Assembly: GCA_027001995.1 (NCBI GenBank)
Contig: JALTLO010000138.1
Coordinates: forward strand, 1 to 42,868
Reading direction: 5' to 3'
DNA length: 42,868 nt
Source of the DNA: Planctomycetota bacterium
Lineage (GTDB): Bacteria; Planctomycetota; GCA-002687715; DRQF01
How positions within the stretch are numbered: the first letter of the stretch is position 1; every line of letters starts with the position of its first letter. The notes beneath the pieces are model-generated. The model was not told the DNA's origin. It saw nothing but the letters and a program-made list of their open reading frames with translations, and did no database searches. A program made the translations under genes and the position numbers. Shown here in pieces: positions 1 through 9,579 of this stretch.

Positions 1-356
1 CGACTGAGCAGCATCCGGCTTTCAACGTCAAGAGGAATATCGTCAAAATTGGGGCTGACAAACTCCAGGTGCAAAAAGAGGTCCTGGCGTCTCCGCACTT
101 CTGTCATGATCCGAATGACTCGACCCGGATTCGATACGATGAGTTCTAACATCACCGAATCACCAGCCTTGAGAGCACCCCCACCCCCAGGTTTCATGCG
201 CACCTTGGCCCCACCCGCAGATAACTCATGCACGGCTACATGATGCCTTGACCCGTCGTCACAGCCCAGTGTCGCTTCAAAATCACCACCAGGGATCCTA
301 TTTCTAAACTGAGCACGGCGCTCTTGGGGCCGTGCTTTCTTGCGGAAGAGATTCAT
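1..356 (-). CDS. PilZ-domain protein (3' end runs off the window)
   Basis: Not in the ORF track. Manual translation from ATG 356 gives MNLFRKKARPQERRAQFRNRIPGGDFEATLGCDDGSRHHVAVHELSAGGAKVRM..., open to the window edge. It has RxxxR and an E-L-S-A-G-G variant of the PilZ (D/N)xSxxG motif. The start could lie slightly further upstream. Confidence 0.7.
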   Translation of the reverse strand, partial: MNLFRKKARPQERRAQFRNRIPGGDFEATLGCDDGSRHHVAVHELSAGGAKVRMKPGGGGALKAGDSVMLELIVSNPGRVIRIMTEVRRRQDLFLHLEFVSPNFDDIPLDVESRMLLS

Positions 357-438
357 GACAGCTAAGGGCCTCACACCAAGAGATCGTTGGGAAAATACCC
401 GCTATGAAGCCACCTGACTTCATGAACAATCGCCTCAG

Positions 439-467
439 TTATCGGCAGAAGATGGCAAAGAGCTGAA
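439..467 (-). promoter_or_regulatory. Sigma28/FliA-like promoter upstream of the PilZ gene
   Basis: Minus strand reads TTCAG-N16-GCCGATAA, with a perfect sigma28 -10 box. Confidence 0.5.
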
Positions 468-510
468 TCAGCTTCAGCATTGGCTAAGGAAAACCAAAGA
501 AGGATGGAGC

Positions 511-551
511 AATAAAGTGGGGGCCGTGTCGCTTGCCTCGACACGGCCCCC
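511..551 (-). terminator. Rho-independent terminator after the LysM gene
   Basis: 13-bp perfect stem GGGGGCCGTGTCG (519-531) / CGACACGGCCCCC (539-551), 7-nt loop, followed by ACTTTATT on the minus strand. Confidence 0.7.
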
Positions 552-654
552 GAATGAGACTTTCCAGCTGATATTGGAATACCAAGTCAGCACGAGGAAA
601 GGTCCCGCATCAACCTGGGAAACGTACCCTTCTAGACGTTTCCCGTCCCCCTTC

Positions 655-1509
655 TCAGTTGACGTCTGGTAATTTGAGCTTCCAGCCTTCTCGCAAGCGA
701 TTTTGGTTGGTGATCAAATTGCGGTTGGCCTGATAAAGGGCCTTGGCATGTTTGATACTTCCCAGTTGCTTTTGCGCGATCAACGAAAGTGAATCACCTT
801 TGCGAACAACATAGTAGCCCTTTTCGGGCTTGTTGTCAGCACTTCGTTTTCCCCCGTGGCGATTGATATAGGCAGAACTAATAAACGCAGGGCGATTGAC
901 TGCTGCTGGTTTGACTCCGGTCTCAGTTTTCTTGTTCTTGGCGTTGACCACAGATTCCACTGGCGCAGGCAGCACAATGACGGTTTTCCCAGGAATCAAC
1001 CGACGAGGGTTGAGCCCCTTATTCGCCGCGAGAACCGCTTTTGTCATCCGGCCAGTGCCATAGATCTTGCGACAAATCTTCCCCAGGATATCACCCTTCT
1101 TGACCTTATAGGTCTTGGGCCATTCACCACGAACAACGGTTGGGCCTACCTTCGGAGGCTCGATTTCGCCTTCAGGATTCTTCTGACCCCGGTTCGCTTC
1201 TTCTGCCTCTCGCTTCTTGGCAGCCTCAGCTTCCTTGCGAAGGGCTTCTTTTTTCTCGTCTTCCTCTTTGAAGCGCCGCTTCAGGTCATCCAGATCCAGG
1301 GTTCCCTCACCCTTGTCGATGACCTTCTTGCCGGATTTGTCCTTCATCCGATCTCGACGAAGAGTAGCCTCACGACGCTTAGTTTCACGGTCAGCTTCGC
1401 TCATACCATCCTCAGAGGGTTTATTCCCCTGATTGAACAAGCCGACGAAAACAATAATGCACAACAAGACGCCAACCACAGCAGCGCCAACTTTTTCTAA
1501 CTTACCCAT
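655..1509 (-). CDS. Membrane-anchored protein with two LysM peptidoglycan-binding domains
   Basis: N-terminal TM helix, charged coiled-coil, and two LysM motifs (YKVKKGDILGKIC...; YVVRKGDSLSLIAQKQLG...LREGWKLKLP). Confidence 0.85.
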   Translation of the reverse strand: MGKLEKVGAAVVGVLLCIIVFVGLFNQGNKPSEDGMSEADRETKRREATLRRDRMKDKSGKKVIDKGEGTLDLDDLKRRFKEEDEKKEALRKEAEAAKKREAEEANRGQKNPEGEIEPPKVGPTVVRGEWPKTYKVKKGDILGKICRKIYGTGRMTKAVLAANKGLNPRRLIPGKTVIVLPAPVESVVNAKNKKTETGVKPAAVNRPAFISSAYINRHGGKRSADNKPEKGYYVVRKGDSLSLIAQKQLGSIKHAKALYQANRNLITNQNRLREGWKLKLPDVN

Positions 1510-1797
1510 GCCGGTTTTCCCTCCCGGTCAAATCGAACCAACCACGCCCGATTATGCCCCAAAGGGGGACACGTTGGAAACAAAATAATCACCAGATCCT
1601 GTTGTTGGCGAACTGTTTGCATCGATATCTTGGGCACCTTGACTATCTAACTCCATCCAAGGCTAGCTCACGTGTACATCCCAACACGAAGTTCAACCAG
1701 ATTGAAACGGCATCTGCCAAGCAAAACGTACATGCCTTGAAAGAACCAGCGCACCACCTAGAATCACAAACGACTGCCAACAAGGAGAAACTACCTC

Positions 1798-2460
1798 ATG
1801 TCGAATTCAATTAAGCTGTTCGCAACGCTCGCAGCTATCATTTTCTTGAGCGCTTGCGAATCCAGCACCAACGGTCGAGCTGATACATCATCCCGACAAA
1901 GCAGCCGAACGACGTCGAACCGGGCGGACCCGACATTCGACGCCCCCGCTGTCCACAACAAGATTCGCGACGCCCGAGTGCTCCTCTATGACCCACGAAC
2001 CAAAGCAACCATGATTTTGGTGAACAAAAAGCACGCTTGGCGAAAAAACGAGAAAGGTCAGTTGGCAATCACCAACGGGGTCAGAAACCGGACCTATAAG
2101 CTTCTTACCGACCTCCAGATGGACTCCCTCTTGGAGACATTCCGCTCAAGAGGGTCGGAAAGCATCCGCGAGCCCTACAATCAACGTCACGCTTCGCTGC
2201 TGCGCAAGAGCTACACAAAGGGAGACGCATTCAAGGGCATCATCATCGTTGAGAATAATGGACGCCGAAATAGCTACATTGCCCGAAGCCCTCGAGGCGA
2301 TGTTCAAGAGGCCAAGAAATACCAGATTTTCAGCCAAATGCGGCAAGCCGTCTTGGTATTCGACCGTTCTGGCCTGTCAGAACGTGTCGGCAGCTCCGCC
2401 ACCGGAACTGCCCCACTTGACCAATTGAACGTTCCCCGAGACAATAGCCACAGACGCTGA
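1798..2460 (+). CDS. Hypothetical lipoprotein
   Basis: 220-aa ORF with signal peptide and lipobox LSAC; AAGGAG RBS upstream. Confidence 0.75.
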   Translation: MSNSIKLFATLAAIIFLSACESSTNGRADTSSRQSSRTTSNRADPTFDAPAVHNKIRDARVLLYDPRTKATMILVNKKHAWRKNEKGQLAITNGVRNRTYKLLTDLQMDSLLETFRSRGSESIREPYNQRHASLLRKSYTKGDAFKGIIIVENNGRRNSYIARSPRGDVQEAKKYQIFSQMRQAVLVFDRSGLSERVGSSATGTAPLDQLNVPRDNSHRR

Positions 2461-2471
2461 TGAATGGCCTG

Positions 2472-2497
2472 TTGAGCCAAGTCAATTGGCTCAATTT
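2472..2497 (+). terminator. Inverted repeat (terminator-like or operator) between the lipoprotein gene and kdsB
   Basis: TTGAGCCAA-GTCAA-TTGGCTCAA followed by TTT. Confidence 0.35.
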
Positions 2498-2507
2498 GGT
2501 CTACTGA

Positions 2508-3278
2508 ATGAAAGGAGCGTGCGTGGCCATAGGCATTATCCCCGCTCGATTGGGTTCCACCCGCCTGCCAGCAAAGGCTTTGGCGGAAATCGCCGGCAAA
2601 TCACTCATTCGGCACGTTGTTGAGAACGCCCAACGATGCTCCTCCCTCGACCGCATCATTGTTGCTACTGATGACGAGAGAATAGCGGCAGAAGCGGCCC
2701 TTTCTGGGGTCGAGGGTTTCATGACCCGCCCGGATCATCCTTCAGGAACTGACCGCATTGCTGAAGTGGCCGCCAACCTCAACGGCGACATTTTCATCAA
2801 TATTCAGGGTGACGAACCTGAGATCAGCCCATTCACCATTGATTCTGTGGTGGCAACTTTAGAAAATGGCCCCGATCTGGACATGGCGACGGCTGCCTGT
2901 GAGATCAAGGAGTTGGAAGAGTTCGTGTCCCCACATCGTGTAAAAGTCGTCCTGGACAAAATGGGGCGAGCGCTGTACTTCAGCCGCGCCCCGATTCCTC
3001 ACGCCCGTGCTGACGATCCCTCAGGGTCTCCCAGGTTACCTGACGTAGCCCTTGGCCATATAGGGATTTACGGCTATCGCAAAAACGCTCTCAAACGTCT
3101 TGTTAGCTTAGAGCCCTCGGCTTTAGAGCTGTGCGAGAAGTTAGAGCAATTGCGTGCTTTGCAAGCCGGCATGCAGATTGGTGTGGCGGTTGTTTCTGCC
3201 AGCGCAACTGGGATCGATACACAAGCCGACCTCGACGGATTCCGTACTCGGCATCAACTCCGCGCAAGCGGCAATTAG
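2508..3278 (+). CDS. kdsB: 3-deoxy-manno-octulosonate cytidylyltransferase (CMP-KDO synthetase)
   Basis: IIPARLGSTRLPAKAL, SGTDRIAE, NIQGDEP, ALYFSRAPIP, HIGIYGY and EKLEQLRAL motifs. Confidence 0.95.
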   Translation: MKGACVAIGIIPARLGSTRLPAKALAEIAGKSLIRHVVENAQRCSSLDRIIVATDDERIAAEAALSGVEGFMTRPDHPSGTDRIAEVAANLNGDIFINIQGDEPEISPFTIDSVVATLENGPDLDMATAACEIKELEEFVSPHRVKVVLDKMGRALYFSRAPIPHARADDPSGSPRLPDVALGHIGIYGYRKNALKRLVSLEPSALELCEKLEQLRALQAGMQIGVAVVSASATGIDTQADLDGFRTRHQLRASGN

Positions 3279-4979
<1,701 letters not shown>

Positions 4980-4981
4980 TC

Positions 4982-5239
4982 ATGGAACCAGCACCTGAAG
5001 CCTCGTTTTTGACCATCATTTACACCATGGCCACGCAATCTATGATTGCTCTGGGCGAAATCCCGAACCCCATCACCAAGACAAGCACCGTCGATGAGCG
5101 CCAAGCGCGCTGGCATTTGAAGTCACTGCGCATCTTGCTCGAAAAGACGCAAGGAAACTTGGACGAAAAAGAGCAATCTGCTTTAACCTCCACGGTCAAA
5201 GAGGTTGAGACTATCTTCGCCTCCAAGATCGGGCACTGA
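4982..5239 (+). CDS. DUF1844-family small protein
   Basis: P-x-ASF...QSMIALGEIPNP...LLEKTQGNLDEKE pattern typical of DUF1844; starts 2 nt after the pyrG stop. Confidence 0.8.
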   Translation: MEPAPEASFLTIIYTMATQSMIALGEIPNPITKTSTVDERQARWHLKSLRILLEKTQGNLDEKEQSALTSTVKEVETIFASKIGH

Positions 5240-5262
5240 TCGACAAACAGAGAGGAACTCTC

Positions 5263-5293
5263 GGAGGGGGTCTGCCCCAATTCCCTCCTTCTT
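5263..5293 (+). terminator. Probable terminator of the kdsB-pyrG-DUF1844 operon
   Basis: GGAGGGGG / TTCCCTCC stem (two G-U pairs) followed by TTCTT. Confidence 0.4.
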
Positions 5294-5295
5294 CG

Positions 5296-5324
5296 TTGAC
5301 CATCTCCCACCCGAGGCGTACGCT
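5296..5324 (+). promoter_or_regulatory. Sigma70-type promoter upstream of the selenoprotein gene
   Basis: TTGACC-N17-TACGCT. Confidence 0.45.
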
Positions 5325-5418
5325 TCGGCATAGGAGATACTTGAGATCAGTTTCAAGCGAATCAAGATCAGCCAAGCTTCCTGGCATCGCGCCAGACATT
5401 TGAAGACGGAGACCAATC

Positions 5419-6636
5419 ATGAATCTGAAGACCGTTGTGGTTCTTTGTGCTCTATTCGTGGCACCTGGAGCCCAGGCATTCCAAGACGAATCCGGCAACC
5501 ACGGAGCCAACGAGAAGTCGATGGCTGCTTTCGTGGCGGTCAGAAAAACATTTGACGATAAGATGGCAGCTTTTGGCAAGAAATATGAAGCAGCCGAGAC
5601 ACGAGAAGCGAAGAATAAGCTCTTTGAAACCGACTACCCCAAGTCGGCAAATTTCGTTCCTCAGATGCTCAAAGTCGCCCAGGATTACCCCAAAACCGAA
5701 GGGGCCTTCGCGGCCCTGAAATGGGCCGTCAACAATGACCGAAGCGGCAAGGCAAACAAGACAGTGCTGCCCATAATCGCCCAGGATTTCCCAAACCATG
5801 ACGGGATTGGCGATATCTGCCTGGCAATCTCCCGCAGCGGATCTTTGGTCACCCGAGATTTCCTAAAACACATCATCAAGGTCAGCGACAACAAGACGAC
5901 AAAAGGGCGAGCTATATTCTCCTTAGCCCAATGGCACGCTTTCGCCGCCAAGACTTTGGAGTACTTCAACGGCAAAGATGAAAAACTCGCTGAAAGAATC
6001 GCAAAGCGAGACGGAGAGAAGACAGTCGCCTTCCTCAAGAAGACCGGTGCAAAGAAACTGAGAATGGAGGCTCTTACCCTCTTCAAACGAGTAGAAGACA
6101 ACTTTGCTGACGTCCCCTATTACCGCAAGAAAACAATCGGGCCATCAGCGCAAAGTGCCGTTTTTGAAATGACCAAACTCAACATTGGTCAAGAAGCCCC
6201 AGATATCACGGCGGAAGACATCGACGGTGTCGAGTTTTCCCTCTCTGACTACCGTGGCAAAGTCGTTGTTCTCGATTTCTGGGGTAACTGGTGAGGACCT
6301 TGCCGGGCTATGTACCCACACGAGCGGTCGCTCGTCAAAAGACTTGCCGGTAAGCCATTTGCTCTCATCGGTGTAAATTCAGATCGAGATCGAGCAAAGC
6401 TGAAAGAGGTTCTTAAGAAGGAAAACATCACTTGGCGTTCTTTCTGGAATGGCGGCGGCACCAGTGGGCCGATCTCCAGTAAGTGGAACGTCAGCGGTTG
6501 GCCCACCATCTACGTCATGGATGCCAAAGGGGTCATCCGCTACAAAGGCGTTCGCGGCAAGGCCATGGATGAAGCAGTTGACACACTCTTGGCTGAGATC
6601 AAGACCGAGTCCAAAGAGTCTTCTGCAGACCAATAG
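5419..6636 (+). CDS. Exported TlpA/redoxin-family thiol-disulfide oxidoreductase, predicted selenoprotein (UxxC, Sec292), 405 aa
   Basis: ORFs 5419..6294 and 6310..6636 are in one frame, separated only by TGA 6292-6294. Read-through gives GKVVVLDFWGNW-U-GPCRAMYPHERSLV...GWPTIYVMDAKGVIR, a complete TlpA fold. The N-terminus has a signal peptide and a helical domain. Confidence 0.88.
6299..6354 (+). promoter_or_regulatory. Candidate bacterial SECIS element
   Basis: Upper stem ACGAGC (6320-6325) / GCTCGT (6330-6335) with a G-initiated loop GGTC 31 nt after the UGA. Lower 8-bp stem CTTGCCGG (6299-6306) / CCGGTAAG (6347-6354). Confidence 0.65.
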
Positions 6637-6663
6637 GCTGCAACTCATCCGAAAGTGTAAATG

Positions 6664-6695
6664 AAGAAAGGCGTGCTCTTAGTGCGCCTTTCTTT
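6664..6695 (+). terminator. Rho-independent terminator after the selenoprotein gene
   Basis: AAGAAAGGCG...CGCCTTTCTT stem with a T-rich 3' arm. Confidence 0.7.
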
Positions 6696-6789
6696 GATTC
6701 GGCAGGTTCATGAAAAAGCGTCGGTCGTCTGCCACGTTCATTGAGAGAATGCCCACCTCACCCCTCAGAAAACAAGAGGAAATTGACTG

Positions 6790-7770
6790 ATGAAGCTATT
6801 TTCAACCGTTGCCTGTTTTGCTCTGGTCCTTGGTCTGCTTTTCTGGCCAGAATCTCAAAGTGAAATGGACTCGATCGAAACTGTGAGAGCAGCACGAAAC
6901 CCCGATCAAAAAGCTATTTTAGTGACGGGGGCCAGCTCCGGCATTGGCAGAGCTACAGCCCTTCTCTTGGCGCAGAAAGGCTTCTTCGTCTACGCCGGAG
7001 CTCGAAAAGAAAAAGACCTCAAAGAGCTAAGTGCCATCAAGAACATTCAAGGCATCAAACTCGACGTCACCATCCAAAGTGAGATCGACGCCGCCGTAAA
7101 GACCGTTGAGGCAGGTGACCGGGGGCTCTACGGCTTGATCAACAACGCTGGGGTCGTTGTTCTGGCTCCTCTCATCGAAGTGTCGGAAGAAGACATGAAT
7201 TTTCAAATGAATGTCAATGTCTTCGGCCCCTTCCGCGTCACCAAAGCATTCGCCCCCTTGATCATTAAGAACAAAGGTCGCATCTCGACCACAGGATCAC
7301 TTTCTGGATCTGCCACTTGGGGCATGGGCGGCCCTTACTCCATGAGCAAGCATGCTATCGAAGCATTCACTGATGTCTTGGCCATGGAGGTAGCCCGATT
7401 CGGTGTCCACGTCAGTCTCATTGAACCCGGCAACTACAAGTCAAAAATCGCAGAGAACATGCGCAAGCGCTTCCAAGAACGGGGCTTCACCTCCAAAGGA
7501 TCACGGTACAAGAACCACTTGGATCGCATCCTCGCCGAGCCCAAAAATGGCAATCACGATGCTAATCCGCAGGAAGTCGCCCAAGCCTTCCTTGCAGCTA
7601 TGACAGACAAGAACCCAAAGAGACGCTACCTCATCGTCCCCAATCAAAAGCAAGCAGAGATCACCATTCGTTCCGTCCTCAAACGAGTGGCCCAACTGAA
7701 CAAGGGACATGCCCACAGCTACACGCGCGATCAACTGGTTCGATTGCTGGACGAAGAACTAAAGAAATGA
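6790..7770 (+). CDS. Short-chain dehydrogenase/reductase (SDR) with N-terminal hydrophobic leader
   Basis: TGASSGIG, NNAG and YSMSK catalytic motifs. Confidence 0.9.
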   Translation: MKLFSTVACFALVLGLLFWPESQSEMDSIETVRAARNPDQKAILVTGASSGIGRATALLLAQKGFFVYAGARKEKDLKELSAIKNIQGIKLDVTIQSEIDAAVKTVEAGDRGLYGLINNAGVVVLAPLIEVSEEDMNFQMNVNVFGPFRVTKAFAPLIIKNKGRISTTGSLSGSATWGMGGPYSMSKHAIEAFTDVLAMEVARFGVHVSLIEPGNYKSKIAENMRKRFQERGFTSKGSRYKNHLDRILAEPKNGNHDANPQEVAQAFLAAMTDKNPKRRYLIVPNQKQAEITIRSVLKRVAQLNKGHAHSYTRDQLVRLLDEELKK

Positions 7771-7842
7771 GGAACCCGAATAGTTCACAAGCTCCGGCCC
7801 GGTCTGATGAATTCGTCGGGGTAAGAAAATAAAAAATAACCC

Positions 7843-7869
7843 TGTCGAAATCAGGGTTTACAATTCGTC
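7843..7869 (+). promoter_or_regulatory. ECF42-type promoter
   Basis: TGTCGA-N17-CGTC about 50 nt upstream of the YciI/DGPF gene; matches the reported ECF42 consensus. Confidence 0.65.
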
Positions 7870-7918
7870 TGGCAAGTAAGGAGCGCGATGTTGCGCTTCC
7901 CATGCAAAGGATAGCCCC

Positions 7919-8272
7919 ATGAAGTATATGATGCTCATCTACAGCGCTGAGAGCGCAGAACCAGCTTACGGAACAGAAGAATTTGGCGCCCACATCGAAG
8001 CCTATTTCGCTTTCAACGAGGAAATGGCGGAAAAAGGTGTCTTTGTTGGTGGAGACGCCTTAGAAAGCGTGAGCACGGCAACCACGGTTACTGTTCGAGA
8101 CGGAAAAACAGAAACAACGGACGGACCATTCGCAGAGACGAAGGAACAGTTAGGTGGTTATTACATCCTCGACTGTGAGAATCTGGATGAGGCCATCGCC
8201 TGCGCCGCCAAAATCCCATCCGCAGCCATTGGACGCATTGAAGTCCGGCCTCTGGTGGTGTTCGACAACTAA
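7919..8272 (+). CDS. YciI-family (DGPF) protein
   Basis: MKYMMLIY...TDGPFAETKEQLGGYYIL...IEVRP signature. Confidence 0.92.
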   Translation: MKYMMLIYSAESAEPAYGTEEFGAHIEAYFAFNEEMAEKGVFVGGDALESVSTATTVTVRDGKTETTDGPFAETKEQLGGYYILDCENLDEAIACAAKIPSAAIGRIEVRPLVVFDN

Positions 8273-8288
8273 CCCTCGACACCCAGCC

Positions 8289-9536
8289 ATGTTGCCCAAC
8301 GAAGAAACACGATCAGTCTTTCACAAGAAGGAATGGGGCCGCCTCTTGGCGGCCCTCATTGCCGATCTGGGCGATATCGAGTTGGCAGAAGATTCGCTCC
8401 AAGATGCATTCGCTGGAGCCTTAACCCATTGGCAAGAAAATGGTCTTCCGGAAAATCCCCCAGGGTGGATCTACCGATCCGCCCGCAATCGAGCTGTCGA
8501 CAAGTTACGACGGCAAGCCCTGTTCGGAGACAAACGAGCCGTCTTGGAAGCCCAAGCCCAGGCATTGGAAGAGCAATTTAGGCAGACAACAGAACAGGAG
8601 GCCGAAGACAAACGACTCCTCCTGCTGTTTACTTGCTGCCACCCTGCTTTAGCTGAAAGAGATCAAATAGCTCTCACCCTGCAAGCTTTAGGAGGACTCA
8701 CCACCCAAGAAATCGCCCGGGCTTTCCTCACCGCCGAGCCCACCATGGCGCAACGACTGGTTCGCACAAAAAAGAAAATCAAGAAAACGAAGATCCCATA
8801 CGTTGAGCCCGATTCCGCAGAGCTGCCCCGCCGCCTCAGAGCGGTGCAATCAGTCATTTACCTCATCTTCAGTGAAGGATACGCTGCTCGCACCGGATCA
8901 TCCCCGATGCGCTTAGCTTTGGTGCAAGAAGCCATCACGCTCTGTGAAACCCTCGCCCATCTTTGCCCCCGGGACCCGGAGGTTGCTGGACTCTGGGCTC
9001 TCATGTTGCTCCACGATTCGAGACGCCTCGCCAGATTCAAGAGCCGAAGACCGGTACCCTTAGATCAGCAAGACAGGGCTCTCTGGGACCAAGAAAAGAT
9101 CGCCCTAGGTACGAGCTTACTGGATAGTGCCATGCTCTTGGGCCAGCCAGGTCCCTATCAAATCCAAGCGGCTATCTCTGCTCTTCACGGCCAAGCATCT
9201 AGTTCAGAAGAGACGGACTGGAGACAAATCGTCTTGCTCTATGATCGGCTCTACAACATGACCGGATCAATCGTGGTGCGCCTGAACGCAGCGGTTGCTC
9301 GCTCTTTTGCCAATAGCCCATCCACAGCTCTCACCATCTTGGACGAGATTGCATCGACCGGCCAACTCTCAAACTACCAACCCTATTTCGCCGCCCGGGC
9401 TGACATCCTACGACGATGCGGAAAAAAAGAAGACGCGAGAGCTTTTTATCATCAAGCCCTCGCCCTCACGGAAAACCAAGGTGACCGTCTCTTCCTTAAT
9501 GATCGCTTGGTCGAACTCAAGCATTCTCCGAAATGA
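8289..9536 (+). CDS. ECF42-type RNA polymerase sigma factor with C-terminal TPR extension
   Basis: LAEDSLQDAF, LLFTCCHPAL, TMAQRLVRTKKKI, IYLIFSEGY and GPYQIQAAI motifs; follows a DGPF gene. ATG 8289 is preferred over the track start 8154, which overlaps the upstream gene. Confidence 0.9.
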   Translation: MLPNEETRSVFHKKEWGRLLAALIADLGDIELAEDSLQDAFAGALTHWQENGLPENPPGWIYRSARNRAVDKLRRQALFGDKRAVLEAQAQALEEQFRQTTEQEAEDKRLLLLFTCCHPALAERDQIALTLQALGGLTTQEIARAFLTAEPTMAQRLVRTKKKIKKTKIPYVEPDSAELPRRLRAVQSVIYLIFSEGYAARTGSSPMRLALVQEAITLCETLAHLCPRDPEVAGLWALMLLHDSRRLARFKSRRPVPLDQQDRALWDQEKIALGTSLLDSAMLLGQPGPYQIQAAISALHGQASSSEETDWRQIVLLYDRLYNMTGSIVVRLNAAVARSFANSPSTALTILDEIASTGQLSNYQPYFAARADILRRCGKKEDARAFYHQALALTENQGDRLFLNDRLVELKHSPK

Positions 9537-9579
9537 AGATCTGATGCCCCATTTGGAGAGGGCTCTCGGTAGAAGAGAT

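Noticed and set aside
856..1500. 214-aa plus-strand ORF
   Set aside because: Antisense to the LysM gene.
6292..6294. TGA reassigned genome-wide (Trp/Gly, genetic code 4 or 25) as the explanation for read-through
   Set aside because: Many intact genes here end at TGA at their expected C-termini (e.g. 5239, 7770, 14186, 33661), and long genes have no internal TGA.
6310..6636. Independent 108-aa redoxin gene starting MYPHERSLV
   Set aside because: It lacks the CxxC motif and first strand and has no clear RBS; it is the C-terminal part of the Sec read-through protein.
7795..7830. Hammerhead ribozyme (CTGATGA...GAAA)
   Set aside because: No stem II pairing between the core motifs and no compatible stems I/III.
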